From: a virus
Taxonomy: Duplodnaviria; Caudoviricetes
Length of the DNA: 31,975 bases
Virus record (IMG/VR): IMGVR_UViG_3300032295_001031
Location: 1-31,975 of that record
Reading direction: 5' to 3' (one strand)
Shown here: piece by piece, positions 25,861 through 31,975 of the stretch
Layout of the letters: each line of letters begins with the position of its first letter
Position numbering within the stretch: position 1 is the first letter of the stretch
Position numbers and translations under genes: made by a program
Notes under the pieces: generated by a model
The model's database searches: none
What the model was told of the DNA's origin: nothing
The model's input: only the letters and a program-made list of their open reading frames with translations

Positions 25861-27032
25861 TAATTCTTAAACTCGTAGTATGCGTGAGCACCAAATGGTG
25901 GAACAATTGTATTGTTACCGTGTATTACAAAGAATGTGTCACAGTAGTTCTCATCGCCCCAAGAGCCGTATGGATATCCATCTGTAAACATGATAAACTT
26001 CTTAGGGTTAATATCGTTAGCTTTCATGTAGTCCCAGTTGGCATCAAACTCTGTACCGCCACCACCTCTAACTTCATATTCCATAATGTCTTGACCGTAG
26101 CCGTCAAAGTCTTGTTCATTATAGACCTTAGTGTCAAAGCACCACAGTTTGATCTTGTACTCTTTGTACTCGTCCATAATGCCTTTAATTTCGCTAATAA
26201 AGTCTTTAGCCTGGTCATCACCAATAGAGCCAGACATGTCAATGCCAATACAGATGTCAATAGTTTCGTCGTAGTTAGTACCTGGCAAAATGGCAGTCAT
26301 GTGCCAGCCCTTACGGTTAGGGCGCATGAAGGTATAGTCGTTCTTAATAGTACTTTGAATCTGCTGGCGCAGAATCTCACGCCAGTTCATCTTTGGCTCA
26401 GTAAGCTCTCGGATCATACGACCAATCTCTGCGGGCACATTTCCCGCACCCGCTGCCTGAGCCGCTGTCATCATGGCTTCTTTGATCTCATCACGAATCT
26501 GTTTGAGCTCTTCTTTAGAGTAAGCAGGCTGACCATTTTTGCCTTCTTTCTCCCAGTCAATGTGTTCGTCTAACAACTCGCCAAGTGCTGCCAATTCTTC
26601 ATCGTCATATTGCTCATAAATTTCATCATAGATCTGTTCTGAGCTTTTGCCGTAGTGAGCAGTGTCGTGAAAGATTTTAATCTTTGGAGGAGCTTCACCA
26701 ATACGGTCACGGGTTAATGTACCATTAACACTATAGTCAGCGGCAATGTTCCATATTTTGCGATCACGACCTTCTACACGGAGCATGTGTTCAAAAACAT
26801 TATGCAGAATTTCGTGTGCTACAACAAACTCGACCTGTTTAACAGACAAGTCTGCAAAAAAGTCTCGATTGTAATATAAGTGACGTCCGTCTGTAGCGGC
26901 AGTAGCACACCATTCTGTAGCATCCTCAATCTTAAGACGAGTAGCCATATTGCCAAAAAACGGATGACGTAGTAGCAATCCAACACGAGCTACTACAATT
27001 TTATCAACAATTGGGTCTAGATAATTTGACAT
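25860..27032 (-). CDS. VWA-domain protein with N-terminal HExxH putative metallopeptidase (DUF2201-like)
   Basis: TAATDG, HEILH (HExxH) and WNIAADY; MIDAS motif DMSGS, GGGGTEF and FTDG. AGGAG RBS. Confidence 0.9.
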   Translation of the reverse strand: MSNYLDPIVDKIVVARVGLLLRHPFFGNMATRLKIEDATEWCATAATDGRHLYYNRDFFADLSVKQVEFVVAHEILHNVFEHMLRVEGRDRKIWNIAADYSVNGTLTRDRIGEAPPKIKIFHDTAHYGKSSEQIYDEIYEQYDDEELAALGELLDEHIDWEKEGKNGQPAYSKEELKQIRDEIKEAMMTAAQAAGAGNVPAEIGRMIRELTEPKMNWREILRQQIQSTIKNDYTFMRPNRKGWHMTAILPGTNYDETIDICIGIDMSGSIGDDQAKDFISEIKGIMDEYKEYKIKLWCFDTKVYNEQDFDGYGQDIMEYEVRGGGGTEFDANWDYMKANDINPKKFIMFTDGYPYGSWGDENYCDTFFVIHGNNTIVPPFGAHAYYEFKN

Positions 27033-27064
27033 TTTCAGCTCCTAAATATTTACTGTATGTATAT

Positions 27065-27093
27065 ATTATAACAGGACCCGCAGGTCCTGTCAA
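27065..27093 (-). promoter_or_regulatory. Perfect-consensus sigma70 promoter upstream of the VWA gene
   Basis: Minus strand reads TTGACA (27093-27088), 17 nt, TATAAT (27070-27065), with an extended -10 TGn. Confidence 0.88.
27071..27090. repeat. GC-rich inverted repeat filling the promoter spacer (possible terminator, stability hairpin or operator)
   Basis: ACAGGACC-cgca-GGTCCTGT: 8-bp perfect arms and a 4-nt loop, about 20 nt after the AAA+ stop codon; no clean U-tract. Confidence 0.7.
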
Positions 27094-27110
27094 TTGACTT
27101 TGGCTACTAA

Positions 27111-28202
27111 TTAACGTTTTTCTGTAGCGGCCGCAATGTACTTACCATATTTGGCATGGAAGTCATCAAAGCACTTGATCTCATCTGGATCCAAGGGCAA
27201 TTGATATTGTGTAAGAGCAAGTTTGGTACCCATAACAACCAATTCAGTTTCAAAATTATCCATCATAAACTGGAAGAAGTAGTTGACCTTGTCGTTAAAC
27301 TTCTTGTCGTTTTTGTCGCTAGCGTCTTTAAGCTCGTAGCACAGAGACACAGTCAAAGAGTACATGGCACTGATTTCTTTAGTGTCCATTTTCTTAACCT
27401 TGCCGTTTAAGATGTCTGTAGGATCAGGCAACTTTGAGCTAATCTTGCGGTGCGCCATAAACTTAACAGCAAGGCCTTCACCGACCGCACCCGAGATCAA
27501 ATCGGTCAATGTGTCTGTATCTTCCTCGTCATCAAACAACAGCTCAGATACAAATGACCAGCTACGTGGTGTAGCAAATGCACGTGATGCTGACTTAGGA
27601 TCAAAGTCGTACAGGTCCTTCTTACTGAAGGTCAAAAAGCCTACAACATCCTTATGAATCTTGTTGTCAACAGCCCAACCAAAATAGTCTTCCCAATCAA
27701 CTTTCATCTCCAAGTGAACAAAACGGTTAGCCAACGGAGCAGGCATACGATATGTAACACCTTTGTCAGTTTCACGGTTACCAGCGGCAACAATATGCAC
27801 ATTGTCTGGCAACTTGTAAGTACCGACACGACGATTCAACACCAACTGATAAGCCGCTGCCTGTACAGCAGGTGCCGCACTATTCATCTCGTCCATAAAC
27901 AAGATGATCTTGTCATGTTGAGCAGCCATTGCCTCGTCGGGCAATTCTACAGGAGGAGCCCATTCCATCTTGTTAGATGTAGCATTAAAAAACGGAATAC
28001 CTTTAATGTCTGTAGGATCCCACAGTGACAAGCGAATGTCAATAACATGAGCGTTTAATTCTTCGCCCATTTGTTTAACGATATCAGATTTACCAATACC
28101 TGGAGGGCCCCACAAGAACAAAGGGCGATTGGCTTTAAAAGCACGACGCAGAGATTTCTTTGCGGATTTTGGGCCAACTGTACGAGAACTAATTTCGCTC
28201 AT
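27111..28202 (-). CDS. MoxR-like AAA+ ATPase
   Basis: Walker A GPPGIGKS, Walker B LFMDE, AAGN, Arg-finger region PLANRF and TPRSW. Adjacent to a VWA partner; AGGAG RBS. Confidence 0.92.
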   Translation of the reverse strand: MSEISSRTVGPKSAKKSLRRAFKANRPLFLWGPPGIGKSDIVKQMGEELNAHVIDIRLSLWDPTDIKGIPFFNATSNKMEWAPPVELPDEAMAAQHDKIILFMDEMNSAAPAVQAAAYQLVLNRRVGTYKLPDNVHIVAAGNRETDKGVTYRMPAPLANRFVHLEMKVDWEDYFGWAVDNKIHKDVVGFLTFSKKDLYDFDPKSASRAFATPRSWSFVSELLFDDEEDTDTLTDLISGAVGEGLAVKFMAHRKISSKLPDPTDILNGKVKKMDTKEISAMYSLTVSLCYELKDASDKNDKKFNDKVNYFFQFMMDNFETELVVMGTKLALTQYQLPLDPDEIKCFDDFHAKYGKYIAAATEKR

Positions 28203-28250
28203 ATAAACTCCTAAGTTAAAAGCGGGTTAATGTTTGCTGTCTATGTATCT

Positions 28251-28279
28251 ATTATACAGGTAAACTGCTAACCCGTCAA
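28251..28279 (-). promoter_or_regulatory. Near-consensus sigma70 promoter upstream of the AAA+ ATPase gene
   Basis: Minus strand reads TTGACG (28279-28274), 17 nt, TATAAT (28256-28251), with an A-tract upstream. Confidence 0.85.
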
Positions 28280-28287
28280 CAGATTTT

Positions 28288-28695
28288 TTAGGAGTTTTCG
28301 TCCGTTTGAGCGTCTTTGTTTTGATTATTCATTGCTTTAACTAATCCGTATTTTCGGATATCGTCCGAAAACATGTAAAGCTCAAACGATTTTCTTTCCG
28401 AAAATACAGTAATACTTTGGTTTGTAAGGTAATATGGAAAATCCATAGTCCTATCAAAAAATATAATAGTTTGGGGACTTAGGTCGATTGGCTCAGTAAA
28501 TGGAATCTCGTAACTACGTAGTTCCAATTCGTTTACCAAATAATCAAACCCTTCTTCGCTTAGACGTAGTCCCCCTACATCCTTGCTTCTATGACTTTGC
28601 CACCATTTGTACATATGGTGCTTGATATTAGCACTATCTGTACTTTTATCTTTTTGTTGCAAAAAAATTTTAGTGAAAGTTTCTTTTGATATCAT
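28288..28695 (-). CDS. Hypothetical protein (135 aa)
   Basis: ATGA overlap with the upstream gene; no motif recognised. Confidence 0.72.
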   Translation of the reverse strand: MISKETFTKIFLQQKDKSTDSANIKHHMYKWWQSHRSKDVGGLRLSEEGFDYLVNELELRSYEIPFTEPIDLSPQTIIFFDRTMDFPYYLTNQSITVFSERKSFELYMFSDDIRKYGLVKAMNNQNKDAQTDENS

Positions 28696-28976
28696 TTAAT
28701 AATTTCACCACTGGTCAGCTTAACTACTTCAAATTCTTTGCAGTTAAACATTTGATTTAGTTTTTTAGCAAGATTATGGGCATGACCTGGATTACTAAAA
28801 CTAACTTTTTTGTATTTAGGGCCAGGGTAGCTAGTCACATTACTAGCAGATTTTAAGTTAAAAGGTTCGCCTTTATAGAATACTGCCCATATGGCGTCTG
28901 CTTCAAGAATCTGTTCGCTCTTGTAGGTCTTTTTATTAACGTATTCTAAAAGAACCTTGGGCTTGGGTCTACTCAT
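28692..28976 (-). CDS. Hypothetical basic protein (94 aa)
   Basis: AGGA RBS; Lys-rich; the start lies within a hairpin downstream of a late-promoter-like motif. Confidence 0.78.
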   Translation of the reverse strand: MSRPKPKVLLEYVNKKTYKSEQILEADAIWAVFYKGEPFNLKSASNVTSYPGPKYKKVSFSNPGHAHNLAKKLNQMFNCKEFEVVKLTSGEIIK

Positions 28977-29009
28977 ATATGCGTCCTATTATGTACGCAT
29001 ATATTTATC
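28975..29009 (-). promoter_or_regulatory. Hairpin covering the RBS/start of gene 28976, overlapped by late-promoter-like GATAAATA
   Basis: ATATATGCGT (28975-28984) and ACGCATATAT (28995-29004) form a perfect 10-bp inverted repeat. Minus-strand GATAAATA lies at 29009-29002. Confidence 0.65.
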
Positions 29010-29011
29010 AC

Positions 29012-29254
29012 TTAACTGTTAGAAAAACCGCCACCATCCATACTTACACTAACACTTGCTCCAGTGTTAGATTCTAGTTTTTTAAGCAGAATATCGTAAT
29101 CTTGCAGTATTTTTGCATTTACTTCTGCTAGACTGTACGCAAGTGCTTTAGCAGTTTTAATATCCATTTTAATTTCGCGTTGTTGAGACAGATCGGCAGC
29201 TTTAACCTGCTGTATAAACTGCTGTATAGGTATAGTATTAATCGGATTTGACAT
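29012..29254 (-). CDS. Small hypothetical protein (80 aa)
   Basis: Overlaps the upstream gene by 17 nt; helical, ends in MDGGGF. Confidence 0.7.
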   Translation of the reverse strand: MSNPINTIPIQQFIQQVKAADLSQQREIKMDIKTAKALAYSLAEVNAKILQDYDILLKKLESNTGASVSVSMDGGGFSNS

Positions 29255-29729
29255 TGCTCATGGCCTGCTTCATTTCGAGTTCGTTTTTAAACGGTCCTCG
29301 ATATTCATAACGCTCAACAGTAATTAATTTTGGACAGAAAGATTTAACCCAGCCTTTGTCAAACTTAATTGTATAATAGCCTGCACAATATAAACTCTTG
29401 CTAGCACTTGACTTAGTAAACAGTGGAAGTTTTCTTTGCAAATTGTATAATGGATTATATGGATGGCAACTAGTAGGATAATCGTAAACATCTCTCACTT
29501 CAGTATGTACAATTTTACTTTTGTCATTAACTAGAAAAAAGTCCTTACCAAACTGTTTTGTTAGTTCATCTTTTTTGTTAAAGTATGCTTCACCATCTTT
29601 TGAACTTAGCATAAACTTGTTATTTTCTTTCTTATGTAGAATACCAACTTTCTCACCGTTTTTTTCTACAATCCAAAACTTACCATCTACAATAGGTTTA
29701 GCTTTTAAATTCATTTGTACCTCGATCAT
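29238..29729 (-). CDS. Hypothetical protein (158-163 aa)
   Basis: Start is either 29729 (ATGA overlap) or 29714 (preceded by GAGG); no motif recognised. Confidence 0.75.
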   Translation of the reverse strand: MIEVQMNLKAKPIVDGKFWIVEKNGEKVGILHKKENNKFMLSSKDGEAYFNKKDELTKQFGKDFFLVNDKSKIVHTEVRDVYDYPTSCHPYNPLYNLQRKLPLFTKSSASKSLYCAGYYTIKFDKGWVKSFCPKLITVERYEYRGPFKNELEMKQAMSNVKSD

Positions 29730-30712
29730 TTTGTATATCTTGCTTGAAATGGATCAGCATACGTTTGTATAGTGTCCATAATTTTTTTCATGTCATAAAG
29801 TTGACAAAACTTTAACAATCGAATACCTACTTGACTAATATTTTTAGGCTCTCGTGTTTTTTCTTCAATTGTTTCCGTAATAAGTTTACGGATATCTTCA
29901 GGCTGTGCAGTAAGATCAACTAGAGTAACATTTCGTTCATAATCATCTAATACACGATGTTCGGTACCTTCATGGTCGGTCCAACGCTGAAGCATCATGT
30001 TATTCCACGCCCAGCCTTTTTTACCTTTATCTTCGTAGGCTTCTGTCAGGCCAACTTTGTTCTTTGTACCTTTAGTACGGACGCCTGGATACGCAGAGAA
30101 GACATTATCACTGCTATCGCCACGCATACATTTCTCAAATAAGATCCATTGCGGATTGGGTGCCGCCACCGCTTCTTTAGTTTTCTTATCAATTACACTT
30201 TTACCTTTCTTATCAAAGATACCTTCGATAGTAGTAAGTGTGTCTGCTACACCGTTATACTGTTTAACATTTGGCGCAATCAACTGGTGAAAATCGCTGT
30301 CTGTCGAGATGATCACATGGTCGGCATCGGGATGCATCTGGATGAAGCCAGCAATCAAATCATCTGCTTCTAGCTGTTTATGTTGTAAGACTGTGCAGTT
30401 AGTCTTCGTTTCAACAAATTCTTTAAAAGCGTCAAACGTTTCCCAAAAGAGTTTATCTTCTTCTTGTTCACGTACAGTCATTGCCGCACGAGTTTCTGCA
30501 CGATTGGCTTTGTAAGGCTTGTAAAAATCCTTACGCCAGCTACGACCTTCTAAACAGAATACCACATGAGTACCACCAAAGTCATTCCACGCTTTTTTAA
30601 TACTGTTAAAAGTAATGTGAAGGGCCATGCCTAGCTTGATGTCAGCGTCACCGCGAACAACGTGTCTAGCACGGAAGAATGTGTTAGCAGTATCAACTAA
30701 AATATATGTCAT
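29726..30712 (-). CDS. rnh: T4 RNase H-like 5'-3' exonuclease / flap endonuclease
   Basis: ILVDTAN, SWRK.FY.PYKANR, LEADDLIA, IISTDSDF.QL and GDSSDNV...PGV match the acidic metal-binding motifs of the FEN/5'-nuclease family. Confidence 0.9.
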   Translation of the reverse strand: MTYILVDTANTFFRARHVVRGDADIKLGMALHITFNSIKKAWNDFGGTHVVFCLEGRSWRKDFYKPYKANRAETRAAMTVREQEEDKLFWETFDAFKEFVETKTNCTVLQHKQLEADDLIAGFIQMHPDADHVIISTDSDFHQLIAPNVKQYNGVADTLTTIEGIFDKKGKSVIDKKTKEAVAAPNPQWILFEKCMRGDSSDNVFSAYPGVRTKGTKNKVGLTEAYEDKGKKGWAWNNMMLQRWTDHEGTEHRVLDDYERNVTLVDLTAQPEDIRKLITETIEEKTREPKNISQVGIRLLKFCQLYDMKKIMDTIQTYADPFQARYTK

Positions 30713-31164
30713 GAAACTTCTGATTTGCCTTTTGCAATAGGAACCACATTAATGTAGCCTGCCGGTCTAGATGGATCAAGTCCTGCTTCTGCAAGCATGT
30801 TACTTGCCAAATCTCTAAACCAACGATCTACAATCTCTTCGTCAGGATCGCCATCAAAGCCGTACCCTGCTTGCTTCAATTGTACTATAAAATGTTCATT
30901 CCAGTCAAGCTCAAAAAAGCCATTTCTAACATTGTCTTTATTTACGTGCGTATCTAAAACAGTGACATAAGGCATCCCTTGGGCAGTTGCACGTTCTTTT
31001 GGGCTCAGCTTGGCTGTTTCCTCCGCAAGTTTGGCTGCTTCAGCTTCAGCTTTGGCTGTGGCTGCTTCTTTAACAGCCTTTACAGCTTCTGCCTCTGCTT
31101 GAATTTTCATGTCTTCAATTGCTTGAATACCTGTAATCTTTTTTATAAATTTCTTTAACATCAT
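30709..31164 (-). CDS. Hypothetical protein with Ala/Glu/Lys-rich coiled-coil N-terminal region
   Basis: Start moved to ATG 31164 (ATGA overlap with the queE stop). AEAEAVKAVKEAATAKAEAEAAK segment; C-terminal GFFELDWN...EEIVDRWF. Confidence 0.75.
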   Translation of the reverse strand: MMLKKFIKKITGIQAIEDMKIQAEAEAVKAVKEAATAKAEAEAAKLAEETAKLSPKERATAQGMPYVTVLDTHVNKDNVRNGFFELDWNEHFIVQLKQAGYGFDGDPDEEIVDRWFRDLASNMLAEAGLDPSRPAGYINVVPIAKGKSEVS

Positions 31165-31975
31165 GTACCCCACTCATTTTTAAATAGTGGCACTTGCAAT
31201 CGATCGCTATAACGCAAGCCTGCCTTCATTGCTATATCCGCCACAGCACGATTGTTCAATGCGTAAACACTTTCTACTCCACCCACAGGCATTAGATAAA
31301 CATGTCCTCTAAATCCTGCTTTACGATAAGCGGCAATAGCACACTCTACATCAGCAAAATCTTGTTCTGTAGCAATAACAAACTTTAGATATGCTGTGCC
31401 AACTTCTTCATACTCACAAACTACTTCTGGAAGAATTGCTTCTTCCCACCTCTCACCACTGCATGGCAGTTTAGCACTTACTGAGAATGTAACTTCTCGG
31501 CTAGTAAATGGAGGATTCTGTGCCCACTGCTTTAAGAACAATTTAAATTCTGGAGTTAGTTTCTGAGTACCATTTGTTTCAAAAGTAATTTCTTTAAGTC
31601 TACTCATGCTAGGATGACTTAGTAAGTCTGGATAAGCACGTTGCCAACCTAGCAACGGCTCGCCTCCAGTAATAACTATGTGTTCATCCTCCCAACGCTT
31701 GTGAGGAAGTATTTCCATAATACGATTTACAATGGCATTACTTTCTAGCATTGGACTCAGGTCTTTAAAGTCAGGATGCCAACTAGCATAGCTGTCACAG
31801 CCTGTGCTAACTAGTGGCAGATCTTCATATTTTGTAAACGGTGTAATCAACGTATGAGTTGCTGCAATGTCAGTGGCTTCGTGGCTAGATTCGCCACGTG
31901 GCATACCAAAGCCTGCACACTTAAAGTTACAACCAAATGTGCGAAGAAACACACTCGGGACACCCATGTAGCGTC
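31161..31975 (-). CDS. queE: 7-carboxy-7-deazaguanine synthase QueE-like radical SAM enzyme (5'-truncated by window edge)
   Basis: The frame stays open to the window end (..RYMGVPSVFLRTFGCNFKC). Motifs include GCDS, VITGGEPLL, ETNGT, SVSAKL, LKFVI, VYLMP.G and RYSDRLQ...WGT, which follow the QueE family pattern. Confidence 0.85.
   Translation of the reverse strand, partial: RYMGVPSVFLRTFGCNFKCAGFGMPRGESSHEATDIAATHTLITPFTKYEDLPLVSTGCDSYASWHPDFKDLSPMLESNAIVNRIMEILPHKRWEDEHIVITGGEPLLGWQRAYPDLLSHPSMSRLKEITFETNGTQKLTPEFKLFLKQWAQNPPFTSREVTFSVSAKLPCSGERWEEAILPEVVCEYEEVGTAYLKFVIATEQDFADVECAIAAYRKAGFRGHVYLMPVGGVESVYALNNRAVADIAMKAGLRYSDRLQVPLFKNEWGT

Noticed and set aside
25884-26573. 229-aa plus-strand ORF opposite the VWA gene
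   Set aside because: It lies entirely antisense to a gene with clear motifs, has no RBS or recognisable motifs, and is best explained as a shadow ORF from biased codon usage.
31005-31100. Repetitive GCT/GAA/AAA-rich DNA in the gene ending at 30709
   Set aside because: Explained by an Ala/Glu/Lys coiled-coil coding segment; no regular repeat-spacer structure.
1-31975. CRISPR array, tRNA genes, introns/inteins, DGR-type repeat pairs, transposases
   Set aside because: Intergenic gaps are all under about 90 nt and show none of these structures. ThyX, the nuclease and the ATPase are of normal length without insertions, and no near-identical nucleotide repeat pair was noticed by eye.

Overview
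The window is a segment of a large AT-rich tailed-phage genome that uses the standard genetic code and packs its genes densely, often with overlapping stop/start codons. It has three blocks. (1) 1-5573 (+): four tail-fibre/virion genes, including a tail-collar fibre truncated at the left edge, two paralogous fibres (one ending in a putative autocleaving chaperone domain) and a Ser/Thr/Gly-rich structural protein. (2) 5636-23658 (+): an 18-kb, near-contiguous enzyme cluster directly after the tail genes. It encodes four DxD glycosyltransferase-like proteins in two paralog pairs, eight radical SAM enzymes in three subfamilies, two stand-alone SAM methyltransferases, a multi-domain protein ending in a 2OG-Fe(II) hydroxylase domain, a short-chain dehydrogenase and four small unknown proteins. 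This is the main candidate for an undescribed system, most plausibly virion (tail-fibre) glycosylation with radical-SAM tailoring, alternatively DNA hypermodification. (3) 23655-31975 (-): ThyX, hypothetical genes, a MoxR-type AAA+ ATPase/VWA-metallopeptidase pair each with its own consensus-type sigma70 promoter, a T4 RNase H-like 5'-3' exonuclease, and a right-truncated QueE with an unusual CX3CX39C motif. Intergenic gaps carry T4-late-like TAA(A/T)TA motifs, and two of these sit inside hairpins that would sequester the downstream ribosome-binding site. I saw no tRNA, rRNA, CRISPR array or mobile element. All functional calls come from reading motifs by eye; no database searches were run.
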